Shown here: piece by piece, positions 38,328-53,710 of the stretch | Position numbering within the stretch: the stretch's first letter is position 1 | How the letters are laid out: each line of letters starts with the position of its first letter | DNA from: Eledone cirrhosa | Taxonomy: Eukaryota | Direction: 5' to 3' | Assembly (NCBI GenBank): GCA_964016885.1 | Contig: OZ024741.1 | Span: 381,858,001 to 381,922,000 of the forward strand | DNA: 64,000 nt | Program-made: the position numbers and the translations under genes | Notes under the pieces: generated by a model | What the model was told of the DNA's origin: nothing | The model's input: the letters and a program-made list of their open reading frames with translations, nothing else | The model's database searches: none

Positions 38328-38649
38328 TTGCCAATAAAACACATGCACATCTTCGTTTTCACTTCAATTTATTATAGATTTCAGGTTGGTTCGATAACCG
38401 GAAGGTTGTTTATATATTGTCAAAGCTCTTTCTGTGACCTCCTCAACACACTAAAACAAGATGGTGTAGGATAGAACAAAGCAGAGACGCACAAAATAAA
38501 AGCCTAGTCATTGAGGAGGTCACAGAATGTATGACGAAAGAGCTTTGACAATATATAAACAAACTTCCGGTTATTGAACCAAGCAAGCAACCGGAAATTC
38601 ATTATAAGTTAAAGTGAATACCATCAAGTGCGCGTGTTTTTATTGGCAA
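38328..38649. mobile_element. Fold-back HHR-bearing element
   Basis: 38328-38446 is inverted at 38511-38649. Degenerate HHR GTCA-TTGAGGA-G-GTCA..TGAC-GAAA-GAGC-TT-TGAC at 38507-38549. Confidence 0.7.
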
Positions 38650-38672
38650 AATGAGCCACCCAAATTATAACA

Positions 38673-38861
<189 letters not shown>

Positions 38862-39076
38862 AATAATGGAGCTGCGGCGTTGCAAATGGGTTACATATGA
38901 AAAAGTAAGTCCTTCATCAGTGGCCTTCCAACCGTCCTAGGCATTTCATCACTTTAAAGGCCATATGCCTCAGGTTGGTGCGAACAACGGCTAAAGAAAG
39001 TCGTTGGGACACGTAAATAAAGGGGACGCTAGGCTGAACAAACAAAATGGTTTAAGCAACAGAAAGTGTGTGTGCC

Positions 39077-39162
<86 letters not shown>

Positions 39163-39270
39163 AGATAGATAGATATATATAAATATAGATATATATGTGG
39201 ATGGATTGTTACTAAAACGCGTAAGACATAGTACGCACTATTTAAATAATTCGAGTGTAGATGTTATATT

Positions 39271-39373
<103 letters not shown>

Positions 39374-39708
39374 GAGAGACCGTGAAATGTTAGTGTGTTT
39401 GTGTGGGTATGTATGTGTGCCTGTGTGTGTATTTACTGTGTGTGTATTCATGAACCTACTCATCCATGTGAGTTAAATGGATCTGAGGCATGAAATTTAA
39501 AAATACCACATAAAGTTAATATGAAATATTTACCAGACGAGAAATATTTGATTGTTTCCATGACTCATATCGACAGCTGTCTGTTAATGAGAAACAATTA
39601 CAAGTTTAGAAAAATATTATATACACATTATTGACGTCACGATAGGTACAATGTAAATATTGACACGATACGGACAAAGGTACAAATCGGACATTTTATA
39701 TATCATCG

Positions 39709-40230
39709 ACTAGCAGAAAACCACCCGGGGACGAATTCTGCTAGTCTATATATCTAAAACAGAGAATGTATGTCTGTCTGTCAGCTCACTAAAACTTGAG
39801 AACCATCCAACCCATTGTTTTCATACTTTAAACATGTAATACTTATGGTCCTGTGAGTGTGTTGAGCAAAAATTATTTCAAATTTTCAGTGCCCTAGGGA
39901 CCGCATTAGGCGATTTAACGTTCTCTCTATATAATTCTTAGTCTTTCTTTTTAGATAGATACATAGATATAACGTTGCGCCCTTAAAATATCTGTCTGTA
40001 TGTCTGGCTGTCTGCATTACGTCATTATGACGCGCTCAGTGTGTGTGTGTATATATATATGTATCGTAATGCAGACAGCAAGACATAGCTTTCCTTCCCC
40101 TCTTCCAGCGTCTCTCGCTCTCCCTCCCGCTATCCCCCTCTTGTAGTCTGTCTCTTTCTTTCACTCTCACTCTCTCTCTACGCGTCGGACAGACAGACAG
40201 AGAAATTGCTGGTTATATATTATAAGGAGA
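39709..40230. mobile_element. Non-autonomous Helitron-like composite
   Basis: Two opposed TC-start ends followed by (GTCT)n (39745 +, 40230 -), and CTAGT ends around a GC-rich spacer (39709-39745). Confidence 0.5.
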
Positions 40231-40913
40231 TATATTATAAACGACTAAAAAAGACAAACAAAATAAGGTAAGCTCTATATAGCAGATGCACATAGTGGAA
40301 CATGTGCAGTATGTTTCAAAAGAACAATGGTAGCGAAATCTATAAAAATAAATGAAGTAGAAAGTATAGCATGAAAATATAGCTAACTATATTGGTTTTC
40401 ATCCAAATGTGCATTGCTTAATTCTTTCCAAATAAAAGAGACACTTGATAAGCAAATATATTATTGGTAAATTTAAGACATTGTATTGTTTTATTTTTAA
40501 ACTGCGCTAAATTACGAAATACGTTTATTTGGAGAGGTCTATATATTATCATGCATATAGCTAACAATTCTATACGACTGTGATTTGTCATAGTACTGAT
40601 AAATGATACAATCCATTAAGCCATATTACATAATGAGATATTTTAAATCAGAGACATTTCTTTTTCTTTGAAGCAGCTTTTATTGTATGGGCGGTAAAAA
40701 TGGAATATGCAAAATTGAAGTCGATCTGTGGATTAATAGATAATAGTAACTATTTATAATGGACATACATATATATTTGCGAATGTAAAAATACATATGT
40801 ACAAATTATCACCATAAATTGCCATGAATATCAAATTTTTGGTGTATACAATGAAGAGTAGCATGTTAATAATTATAAGTGTGGATGATGGTTTTACACA
40901 ATATATACGAGAA

Positions 40914-41035
<122 letters not shown>

Positions 41036-41659
41036 TTAGAAATTATAAGCTTTCACCGTATTTTAGACTAAAGAAATTTCTAGCCTGATAGTGGGGTTTA
41101 TAACCCACGGAGAAATGGAAAAAGATGAGTGTTGCCGTAACTTAGGGAGGGTCATATAGTTGTAATAATATTGCCAGAGTTAATAACAGAACACACTCAC
41201 TGTTTGGTTGGCTTTCGCTTCTGTATCTTTTATATCAGTTAATTTATTCGGTCCTCAATGTTTACCATTGATTGACTAATGGTCAAAAATACAGATATAA
41301 TATAGACACAAACACATATATATATAGTCCAACAAAGTTCTTTCGTTGCACATCTGCAACATCGTCAGTGGTGATATTATGTTTCCTCCTGTTGTATTGT
41401 ATGTCTACGCCATCTTTATTTAATCTGTTTATTTTTTTATTTATTTATTTACTTATTTATTTTTGTCTTCTTCTCTGCGCTTGCGTTTGCGCGTGTGTAT
41501 AGTGTTTGATGAGTGTTCGCGTTTGGGTGACTGTGTTTTGGTTATTGTATTCTATCTTAGTTTTCAAGTGTGTGTTTCTATGTGTTTGTGTTATTGTGCA
41601 TGTGTATATATTTATTTATTTATTTATATTTCTCTTACAAAATTTACACAGCAAATATA

Positions 41660-41733
<74 letters not shown>

Positions 41734-41948
41734 GAATAATCGAGTATCGAAAAATCGGCGCACGAGTTCACGATAAACAAAATTCGAGATGAGCGGCAGA
41801 GGGCTCTATAATTCAAATAAATCAGAGCTATAACTATCGTTAAAATACCGTCACACGTAGAATATGTCTACAATCAACCAAATAACCGAAAGATTTCGAT
41901 ATGGAAGATTCGGGACACTCAGATAAATTATCAATAAATCAATAAATG

Positions 41949-41984
<36 letters not shown>

Positions 41985-41986
<2 letters not shown>

Positions 41987-42790
41987 AAGTTAAATAAAAA
42001 GTCAAATGTTTCAAATTTAGCTTCGTTCATTACTGCTATATATATTTTAGTGACAGCCATCTTTGGCTGTGACCTCTTCAGGCAGTTTGAATTAGTGTGG
42101 TATAGACAAGTACATATGTTGTTGAGGTGTATACTATTGTCAATACTCTGATATGACCAGTTCCTGGTTGGGTTGTTATTTCACTGCGGAACTGGAATCA
42201 TATGTATATATATGTATATATATTATTTAACCAGTATTAAACTGGTTAAACCATTATTTAGATACGCGTTACTAGGGATAATAGTGTATGAATATATTGT
42301 AAAGATTCAGGACCCGATTACTGAGTTCTTGTCGTTTTAACAGCTAAATCGAAACGGCAAGAGCTCAGGCATCGAGTTCCAGCTCTTGCTACTCGTTCTC
42401 TATAAACAGACAGATACACACACATATACAGACACACACATATATATTTGTATATATATGTGTGTGTGTGTGTGTATATGTGTGTGTATCCGCATTTCTT
42501 AACATGCATTGCTACATTATTTGTAAGCAGTTTCCTTAGGTTAGGTGCTTGGCGTCTACTATATATTATGTGTGCGTCTTTTATGAGTGCATTCATTTTA
42601 GGGGAATGTTGGAGAATCGGGAGATATCGTTTAGCGGCTTTCACAATATTGAAGTTCCTTAAATTGTGAGTGATGACAAAACGGATAACTCTTTTTTCCA
42701 TTTTATTTTGTTGCTTTGTTTTTCTCAGTGTTGTCACAGAGATGTTCTGGGCTTTGCAAATGGCTGCGTTGATGAGGTTCACCTGATATT
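41985..42790 (-). mobile_element. Neptune-type PLE fragment with 3' degenerate HHR
   Basis: ORF 42318-42782 (FVITHN..LPILQ..SRRQAPNLRKLL) aligns with the 5.8-6.0 kb region. Minus strand ACTGC-CTGAAGA-[stem II]-TAAAA-TATATA-TA-GCAGT at 42032-42086. Confidence 0.75.
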
Positions 42791-43380
42791 CTTGATTCAG
42801 TTATGAGATACGAATTTGGAAAACATCCTGCCATTATATTCATCAAAGGTCATTTATTGAAATGTAACAAGCAAGAGGGCACTTTTACAGCCCCTTTCTT
42901 AAACACTCATAAAAAATACAACAGCACTTCCAACCCCTTATCTTGCTGTCACCATTCACCATGTTCTGTGTATATATGTATATATGTGTATATACACACA
43001 TATATACATATATATACACACATATATATATACACACATATATATTTATGTGGGTATATCTTTATGCATTAATTCCTTTAAATCGTCATCAACACTCCTT
43101 GACTCCACACTCATTAATACTGCCCCCCCCCACATCCAAATATCTCTTATATATAGAGTCACACATCGTAACACAACCTGAATCTCAGTTTGACAATCGC
43201 CACCGACGAATGTTTTCCACGAAAGTTTTCCACGAAAGTTAACCATGAATCTTTAAAAATCTTCCCACCGAAGTTAACAAAGAAGTTATTAGTTCCACCA
43301 ACTCATAATATTATAATATTATAAAATTAAATCAAATTGTTTAGCACTACAAGTGAAGTCATTCTTTTCCTTTTTTACAA

Positions 43381-43454
<74 letters not shown>

Positions 43455-44944
43455 ATAGATAGATAGATAATGTTGCCTGGGTTCTCTTATCTAAATGTTG
43501 AAATGAACAATCCGGTATCTGGGAGATAGGGGTTCAATTGTTTGTGGCGGCCGCTATATAATTGTTTTCTTGACTCCATTGTTTATATGCCCAACTTAGA
43601 CTACTTTAAAAAAAAACGCTGATGCTTCAAAAATCGCACACCAGTTCAAAAAATGTTGTTTACATATGTACTGCCTGATTAATAAGACATGATATATCAG
43701 ATAAATTTGTCGGCAACGCATTAGACTAATATTAAGCACGTCGAAACTGTATATTGCAGGCGTGGGCCGGTGTCCCAATGCTGGCGCTGTACAATTCGGC
43801 CCGTTTATTTGGGTAACATTGAAGCTATTTATCATAGTGAAAAAGCGTTACCGCACATATTATATTTGATTAGTATGGGTAGACTTCAAGGAGCATTATT
43901 GATGTAACTCTATTAAAGTTCAGCTAAATATGATAACATCTGTGTCTGCTTACCTGGAGAAGTTCTACGTATTCATGAACTCATGTTTATGGTCATACCT
44001 ACATTAATTTTTATGTATAGGCTGCAACTAATTTCATTGCCGGTTATTACTCGTAAGTCTGCTCTAAAAATTTAGTTACTCATATGTTGATACTACCGGA
44101 ATAAAATACAGCGATATTGATCTGAGGTATATGTTATTGTTATCTATTCGATATTTTGATAAAATTATTGTAAATACTTTGGTCGCGAACTCTTTCGATT
44201 GGTCTTATAATCTTTATTATTTATTGTCACTGTTTCATCATTTCCCTGATTAGAGTTGCTCCCTTAATAGTAATTATTGTTGTTACGGTAATTTTACTTG
44301 TAGCTTATAAATATTCATAACGTCTATATATTTTAAATAACCTTGAGTATTATCAATAAAACAAAGAAACAACCATTAATTCTTATAAAGGTATTGAAGT
44401 CTGTGCAAATCTAATAACACAAAATGGAAACATATTTATAATACCGGATGTTATTTTATGATATTGAAGACCTAATTCAGACAACGTTGAATAAAAATAA
44501 ATACTTGCATTCAATAATCTTCCAAGTTCTAGACAATATTTATTGTAAACAATACATCCATCCATTATATTTTATCCATAGTATTTTCTTTCATTATGAA
44601 CAATATCGTCTACTGTCTGCTTGTATAGAATCCTTATTTCGATATAACGCCACACGCTGCCAACATTTGAGTTAGTGAAGTTTCTGCATTTCAACACACG
44701 TGAAGGTCACTGAACCGGCCTATTTTGTTCACTTGAGATTAACTCTTTGCCATCGGTACTAATCCCAATTTACATTTATGCTACAGGGGGGAACAAAGCT
44801 GTCATCCAAACCATTAGAAACCAAATCAAAATCTCTATCGAATCAAAATACGCCATCCAACGAATGGGAACTTGAATAATATAGTCATAAATATCGCTAA
44901 AAGGAGGATATTTTTCGGAACGACATACCTTAGGACACAAGGAT

Positions 44945-45620
44945 ACTACATGACGAGTACTGCATTGCTGGAATGAAATTCAGTGTTGCGAAAACTGTGA
45001 CACTCGGCCGCTCAAGGAAGCCTGAACAGTGCACTCTATATGTGAATGGAGTTTCGCTGAAGCCAATGGAGAGGTCAAAGCATCTCGGAGTGGTGTTCAT
45101 GTGAATGTGAGGCAGGAGTCTGAAATAAGTACAAGAATTGCAGTAATGTGCCAGTTTCCACATTCACTAATCAGAAGGAAAGTAGGTGTAAAGGTCAAAC
45201 TTGCTACCTTCAATTCTGTATTCAGCCAACCTTTACCTATGGTCATGATTCTAGGGTAACGACCCAACGAATACGTTTGCAAATACAACCGGCCTAAATG
45301 GGGTTGCTCCGAAGAAGAGTCTTTGGAGCAGCGTTACACGATAGAGTGTGTAACTAGGTGAAGAGAGAATTTCTCCGAAATGAGAGATAGCTCCAATACT
45401 ACCGGTGTGTTTTTAGAACTTCACAGGAAAGAATCGCTATAGATATTTTACACGCAAAATCAACTGGTGGGAAATCCAGAGGTAAACTCTGAGCAAGATG
45501 GTTGGAAAACATGCATAAGCTGGGAGGGTCTCGCTAAGGTATCCAGCCATAACTTTTGGTAACGATGCTTCTGGAATTAGTGTTAGAGGATTCTGCTCCT
45601 AAAACCGTCTCGAGGTGACG
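44945..45620 (+). mobile_element. RTE-clade LINE remnant (RT C-terminal part)
   Basis: AGMKFSVAKT..CTLYVNGVSLKPMERSKHLGVVF, KVKLATFNSVF, GKSRGKL..RWL. Confidence 0.7.
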
Positions 45621-48023
45621 AAAAAGATATATCTATTCACTCCTAGTATTATTCTTAAATAGAGGTACTAATTTGCATATAATTAGTTCTCTTTGTGGTA
45701 TTTAATTAAGATGTAGATTAATTGCGTTATCTCAGCTTACATACAATTATAACATTTTCAGACACTTGGGCTGTTAAACAAAAAGGCTTTGCAGACTTTA
45801 GAACACTTTATTTCCCGCCGATGTCAACCATGATATTTCTAAATGCTGGTCGGTAAAATAAATTGCTCATCGTGTTCGGCAGCTGATGTAATCGACTTTC
45901 TCCTCCTCTTACATTGTTGGCCTTGTGCTTAAGGTAGACATACCACCGATTTCTTTACACCCGATCATGTTTATAAAATTTTGTTAATCTTAATTTAAAT
46001 CCCAACATTCCTGCTATAATTAATTTTCTCTATTAAAAATATTTTACATAACAAAAAATGCAAATTACTAGAAATATCGTACGTTATAAAATGTTTAGAA
46101 TGGGTTGGTTTCTGAATATGTCAACTAAACCACTAATTCTGGTTTTAACGGAGACAAACTAGAAAAAATACCGATTTCGACCACCTCCCTGTTTATTTCA
46201 TACCCCCTACTTAGTCCAACTTCCTCGGCTATTCCAACCCCCCGCTTATTGCACCCACCCCCTATAGTTTGGGACACAGGGTTATGCACATATACATAAA
46301 CACGCATACGTACATGCTTTAGTAGGCAATACATTTCCACCATGAGTGACTGAGCCTAAAACAATTGAGATTTGCTGACGGTGGTGTTATTTATTTTATT
46401 TTATGTAAAACCCAGACATATCTAGTGAAATGATATTTATAACACAACTAATTGCATAGGATACTTCAGTATTGAAATATTTGCTATTATGGTTGATCAT
46501 AGTAAAAAATACTGATGTCCTGATCCGTTAGCTGATGCATTGTAGAAGTGTTTCTGTATAATGTGTTGTGTTGCTATAGAGAGATTGGAAGTTATCTGGT
46601 AATCAAATATATGTAAGGCTAGCCTTTGAGAGTGAAATTTCTATTTTGGGGAAAACATTGATAACAAGTGTTAAGAAAACCGATGTGACAATAAGATATT
46701 GATTGCGGAGAATATTGACTAGGGCAGATATATAACGACAAAATAACATACAAATATATGGAATTGAAGCTACTAAAGCTTGAATAAACAAATAGTGGAG
46801 CTAAAGAATATCGTCATATTCATTGTGATCAAGATGTATCAAATATTCTTGAGTATCCATATATGATTTTAGCACATATATCCATATTTAACAATGGCGT
46901 GTCTATTGTTAATATTTGTCAATATAAACTACATGCAATCCTATAAATGATATACCTCAACATTAGAGATAATCATCAGATTCCAACATTTATTCGTAGA
47001 TATTCCATTAAATTTACATCTTAAACATTTTTGTAGGAATCATCCATGTTATATGTTTAATTTTCGGTCCATTAATAAGCATTAAGTTCAACTGTTTTGC
47101 GAGATTGATACCATCATTAGGCTGTTGTTTCAAACAGGGAGATGCTGATTTAAATTCTCTAACATGTACAAGTATAGGACTTGAACATAGTGGCAGATCT
47201 TTCCTATTTCGCTATGTTGTTCTGCATTCCAGCTATGTGTCTGCAGTAGCATAACAAAACCAAAATATGTTGATCCATTCACTGATGAATTAATAATAAT
47301 TCAGATAAAGGCTTAACGTTGCATTTCTTATGAAGTCGATATTTGTAACGAAACATATTACACAGTGATAACTGCTTCTGTGATAATAGAATAAGTTGTT
47401 GCTTGGAAACCATTTCATTTTTAAGGATCCAATTATTCATCTGCCAGTTTCTGGCTTTGTCATTTAGCGTAAGTGACAAAACAAGAATACATTTATTATG
47501 AACTAAAATATAGAACTGCTTTATTTACTTAATACTCCAAAAGCTAAAATATGCAATAGCTGTCACAGTTTCGATTCTATTAGAGCGACAAATTAATAAA
47601 CATAAGCAAAGGAAACTAAAGAAAATATAATCTAAAACTGTACATTTCAATAGCTCGTACAATATTTCGCCAAGCAGGCGCTGTGAAAAAGAAAAAAAAA
47701 GAACACTTGCAAATGTAATAGAAATATGAATTAAAAAAAATAAATAAAAGATTATTCTTTCCTATGGAACGTTTGTTCGTGTCAGATAAACAAGCGTAGC
47801 ATTTTGTTCATCAGTACTTTACAAAAGATAACAAGATTAACATATCATGGAATAAAATCTAACATTAAATGTAAACATGCCTCTAGATAGGAAGTGTTAT
47901 GCAAATGTGTCTCCATTCAAGTGATATAAATTGAAAAAAATATTCTAGCGCACATATTCCTTATCCGAATGTGACCTACTATATGTGTGTGTGTATGCGT
48001 GCGTGTGTATATATATTTATTTA

Positions 48024-48086
<63 letters not shown>

Positions 48087-48584
48087 GTGTGTGTGTGATT
48101 ACGTGCGCAGCCTCTCCACCACGTGCAATTGTGTTTCTACGTACGTATGTTTAAGAATTATCTTTTCTCAGCAAATGCTTATTTTTGGGGGTTATATTTT
48201 CCCATGAGTTTCTGGCGTCTGAAAAATGTCTATGAACGAAATAAAACCATTATATAGTGCATTGTAGAAAACATTGTCACCAATGAAAGTGACCGGGGTT
48301 CGTGGTTGCAAATCAAAAGTATTAGAGGCATTCTGTTAAAATAAAGAGAACATGCTGAGTTGAAAATGAATTTCCATGAAGACAATATCCAATACCTGAA
48401 GAGATTGATGCGTGATGCCCGTGGATATGTTCTTTTGAATGTGGGTTATATGAATCGTATGGTGTATCACACATATTAACAGACTGAATTTACAGATATC
48501 AAAGATTTTCTTCACACCAAAGACATATGAGTTAATGATCATAAAGCAAAAACTAGACTACAAAGCCATATATACAAAAGTTAC

Positions 48585-48781
48585 TGTCTCTACGTTTGGC
48601 ACAGAGAGGGTCATGGGTGCGGAAACCTCAACCAGTTACTGATGCTTCATTTTATCGACGCTGTATGGATGAAAGACAAAGTTAATTTTGGCGGGATTTG
48701 AACTCACACCGTAAAGGGCCGTAACTCTATGCTGCAAAGCATTCTGTCCAACGCGCTACCAATACTGCCAATTCACCACCC
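48585..48781 (-). mobile_element. tRNA-derived SINE, diverged
   Basis: Reverse complement has GGTGGTGAATTGGCAGTATTGGTAG..GAGTTCAAATCCCGCC. Confidence 0.8.
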
Positions 48782-48939
48782 ATATAGACAAAAACAACAC
48801 TCGCCTGCTATGCTCACTCTAGGTCACATGTATGCTAAGCTGACCATGTCAAATATGCGAAAGAAAATCATCAGCTGCTGGAATGAGAGTCAGCCACAGC
48901 ATATCGATAAATGTATGGGTATAAATAGTAGAGAGTCAC

Positions 48940-49485
48940 GTCGAAATTAATAATATGACGACTATATTCTCACAACGTAAAGCAATTTTGTACGATGAAC
49001 ATGAACCTACAGGAAAGACATATAGAAGTGTCATATATTTGTGTTGAACATGAAATTTTATTGCTGATGTATCTATATGTGTATCCGACTATATGTGTTC
49101 GGATAAATGGTGCTAAATCGAAACCATTCAATGTGGGAGTCCGATTCCGACATGGGTACATACTGTTCCCCTTGTGTTCAATATTTACATGAACAAGAGG
49201 GAGGTGGATTGGCCATATCGGTAAAAATGAGCAGCAGTGTTCAAAATGGTATCAGAACTGCCAGGCATAAAATATGGTAGCTGGAATTTGCAAATGACAG
49301 TAGATTATCTTAACTCGACAGAAGGTGAGCTTCGACGTGTACTTGAAAGGTTGATGACGAGTGCTGCATGGCTGGAATGAAAATTAGTGCATCGAAAATT
49401 AAGACACTCATCCTCTCACGGAAACTTGCCCAGTGCATTCTATATGTGAATGGAATTTCACTGAAGCAGGTGGAGACATCGGTTG
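48940..49485 (+). mobile_element. RTE-clade LINE remnant (RT core)
   Basis: CVRINGAKSKPFNVGVRFRHGYILFPL, EFAND, AGMKISASK, NGISLKQVET. Related to the 44945 remnant. Confidence 0.75.
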
Positions 49486-49731
49486 CAAACGAAGTCACAG
49501 GTTTATACATATATTAAAATAACAGATTAAATGTTAAAGAAAAAATAGCTGCTTTAACACTTAACGGGATCTTCTTAAACTAAAAAAATCAATCTGTGAA
49601 CGCAGAAGTAATTATTTCGAAAAACGTTGCAACCGAAGGAAGACGGAAAGACGATACTTTGGTTCGTGGAAACATTCCCTGGCAAAGAACGGACAAAAAC
49701 GAAGACAATACGTCATTATTTGGAGCGGAGA

Positions 49732-49855
49732 GTTATTTGAGTTCAAATCCCGCCGAGGTTAACTTTGCCTTTCATCCTTCCGGGGTCGATAGAATAATAT
49801 ACCAGTAATGCACTTGGTATTTGCTGGCCTTGTGGCAAAAGTAGAAACAATTATT
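49732..49855 (+). mobile_element. 5'-truncated SINE nested in the PLE pseudo-LTR
   Basis: Flanked by a 17-bp TSD, ATTATTTGGAG(C/T)GGAGA, at 49715 and 49850. Confidence 0.88.
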
Positions 49856-52017
49856 TGGAGTGGAGAAAACAACTACACGCAAAGACAAAACCACGCTTAT
49901 GGTATAAATGAAGTCGTAGACTAATATTCTATTAGGTGGTTCGTGGAGACGTTCTCTGGCAATGAACGGACAAAACGAAGATAATACGCCATGCTGTGAA
50001 TCGATGAGAACAATTACACGCAAAGACAAAACCACGTTTATGGTATAACTGAAGTCATAGACTAAAATTAAATTTAGGAAACCGAATAGTTCTCGGCTTC
50101 AGAGTTAAGAATAATGTAAATAAATTACAGAGGTAATTGAAATCAACAAAAATATAAACATTCACGCATATTTATATGAACATACACATACATACGCGAA
50201 AACACGCGCGATGTCTATGCAAATACGAGCACGTACACAAAAACACGCACGCACATACAAAACCCACGCAACGCCTGTACCCGCACACATACGAATGTAT
50301 ACAACAAATACACATAAAAATATATATAAAAAAAAATATATATATATGTGTGTGTGCGTGTATACATATAATTATATAAACGTATGACATCAACGGTACT
50401 GGGTTTACAATCATCTCTGATCTCAACATCATGGACCGGACCCTTATTCTCCCCACTTTACCCTGAAGGATCACAAATCCAATTTCCCGAACAGCCACTC
50501 TATTCGTCTTTTTACCTTACGAAGTCCCATTTAGGTAGACTTAGTAAAAGGATTCTTGATAGAATTATACCTGAAATTAGAAGTTTGGCCCCTCTTGCAC
50601 TGTGGAACAATTCTTTCGCGGTGATTGATTGGTTCAACGGCATATGCGACAAGGGACATTGCCGTTTTATCCAATTCGACATCAAGAATTACTCTTCCAT
50701 CACTTTACCACTTCTTCTTAGAGCCATCAATTTCGCTAAAACACTTACATTGGTGAAGATTTCGAAGTTGATGTCATCTTCAATGCCCGTAAGTCGGTGA
50801 TTAATTTCGACGACTCTATTTGGATTAAAATATCTAATAGTACCCCATTCGATTCTGCAGAGGTTACTGATCTTATCGGCATTTTCCTTCTTTTCTCTAT
50901 CAACGAAGAATTCCCTTACGTGGACGGTGGTTTGTACCGTGATGACGGTCTTTTAACCATGACAAAGTGTGGCCCCCGTACTTGCGACAGGTTCAGAAAA
51001 GAACTAACAGCCTTCTTTAACGGCTTCAACCTCTCTATACAGGTTGAAGCCAACCTCTCGGTCGTTAATTACTTCGCCGTTACCCTCAATGTGTCGAATA
51101 GCCTGCACTACCCGTATAGAAAGCCGAATGATATGCTTAATTGCATAAGTAAGCATTCTAACCATCCTGCCAGCATAACCAAGAACATGGTAAGAAACGT
51201 TTCTTTGAGGCTTTTCTGTCTATCTACAAACGAGTATATTTTCACCGACCATTCCACATATTACAATTAAGCTCTTGCTCGGAGTGGATTTGTCGATAAG
51301 GTAGCATATACAGAGTATGAGAATAGACCTAAGAAAAAAATAGTCCGACGCATTATATGATATAACCCACCATATAATATGGAGGTGGCCACACTATTAG
51401 TTAAGATCTTTCTCTCACTTATTAAGACGCATTTCCCCCAGCACATAAATATAGTAAACTTTTTAATAGAAATACCATTAAAGTTTCTTACTCCAGGACT
51501 CCTAAACTTGCACATAACATCACAGCTTCAAATTTAGGTAAATTACCTAACCGTAGGAACACGTGTAACCCTATAGCTAGTACTAACTGTAATTGTAGGA
51601 ATCGGGCTGACTGCCCCTAATCCGGGAAATGCGTCTCTAGCAACACTGTCTACAAATGTAAGGTTGTAAGACGCACGTCCCGTAGGGCATACATAGGGTT
51701 AACCCCCAATAGATTCAAGCAGCGTATTTACATGCATACCCATTCTTTTATTAACCATTTAAGAAGGAATATGACGTCACTTTCAGCTTATAGCTAAAAT
51801 CTAAAAGACAACCACACCCAATATAAGTTATACTGGAAGATCCTTCCCAAGGCTAGATCGTATAACGGAAATAAAAATCCATGTGATATCTGCGCCGCTG
51901 AAGCCCTGGAAATACTCTACGCCAAAGACCATATCTTAAACAAAATATCTGAGGCAATTTCGGCTTGTAAACATAAATTGCACAAAACTTTCCTGTATTA
52001 CAGCCCCACATTATACC

Positions 52018-52203
52018 GTGGATTGGCAGTAGCGGTGGAGGGTCGGACGCCATGCTTTCCAGCATAGTTACGTCCCTTTACGATCTGAGTTCAAATCCCG
52101 CCGAGGTTGACTTTGCCTTTCATCCTTACGGGGTCGATAAAATAAAAGTACCAGTAATGCACTGGGTAATTGCTGGCCTTGTGCCTAAAGTAGAAACAAT
52201 TAT
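52018..52203 (+). mobile_element. SINE nested in the PLE 3' region
   Basis: TSD ATTATACC at 52010 and 52199. The empty site is visible in the paralogue near 16020. Confidence 0.9.
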
Positions 52204-52709
52204 ACCCTAACGGATATTACAAACTATACGCGAATAATTAACGTCTGATGTGGTAGCTAAGTATATGTTATGTTTATACCATTACATATTCGTATAGGTA
52301 AGTATATATTACCTGTATGTTTTGTGAACGTACGTATACATTCTCGTATCTATATTTGCTTGTATATGTTATAGGCGTATATATTATATTATATATACTG
52401 GTACATGTGCATATGGTTATGTGTATACGTGAGTTTTACGTCTGCGTGAGTATGCGGGTTCGCACGTATGTAGGGTTTGTGTATATGTGTACTTTGTCTT
52501 TTGGTTGACGTACGTTTAGCGAACATATGTGTATTTACATGCAGGTATGTGTGTGCGCGCGTTATATACCTATTTATGTGTGTATATTTATATACGTTTA
52601 TATAATTATATGTATACATGCACACACACGCATATATATATATTTTTTTTTTCCGTTATAATATGTTATTTTAACTCGCTCTCAATTTGAAAACTTATAT
52701 ATATATATT

Positions 52710-52743
<34 letters not shown>

Positions 52744-53589
52744 TAGATTGGTACACTCTCCCCACCATCACATATACACTCACAGAAGTCAATATCCAAT
52801 TTATTTTTAGACTAAAGTCACTGACCTGCTACCAAATACCCTACAGTGTGTTCAATGTGTGTTGGTATATACATGATGATGGGTGCCCCCGCGTAATCGA
52901 GTACGGCCATTGCACGATATAATATTATTAATAATTATCAATTAATGCTATTTTGCGTGAAGTTTTTTTTAAAAGTAAGAAACACTGTGAACTGGGCCAA
53001 TCATACTCTCTGAGCCAAAGTAGCTTTAACCCCAAAAGAAGAAAATATCAACATCATCTGTAACTACTGAGCCGCAGGTTTTATGTCGGGGTTATCTCAG
53101 ATTCATGAGTTGCCTTCTCCTAGAAGAATGCCCTGAAAAAGGTCTAGAAGTCCTTCTCTTACAGTGGTTTAACCTCGCGATCGGGTATGCAGCCAGATTA
53201 TTTTAATGTCCCCTCGCATATATATACATATGTATACATATATACATACACGCATATATCCATATGTATATACATATTTACACATTGATAGATGGCGGTT
53301 GCCTCATAGGAGTTCTTCCTATGGTATATACATACATTACACAATATATACATACACTCACGATCACAAATACACGGTCATAAATACAAAATCAAAGGAC
53401 ATGCATAGATATATTTTAAAAATTATAAAAAATAATTAAAGAAATTATAAAAATTAACAGACATTATATGATAAAAATATAAATATAATAAAAAATGAAA
53501 AATAAATACATGGATAGAACAAGGGAACGACAGAAATATTGGCCAGACAATTAAAAAGACAAATCATATATAAACCTGTATTCATATAG

Positions 53590-53623
<34 letters not shown>

Positions 53624-53631
53624 CCCCCCCC

Positions 53632-53710
<79 letters not shown>

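Larger units (their letters stand above)
49512..52690 (+). mobile_element. Second copy of the 15-18 kb Nematis-type PLE with a long inverted 5' segment and two nested SINEs
   Basis: ORFs 50384-50800 and 50797-51270 closely match 17255-17473 and 16770-17258, with GLYRDDGL intact. 49512-50384 matches 15019 to about 15650. Confidence 0.9.

Noticed and set aside
46500-47480. Non-repetitive stretch with short ORFs, a possible gene remnant
   Set aside because: The frames examined contain stops and no recognisable motif or splice pattern.
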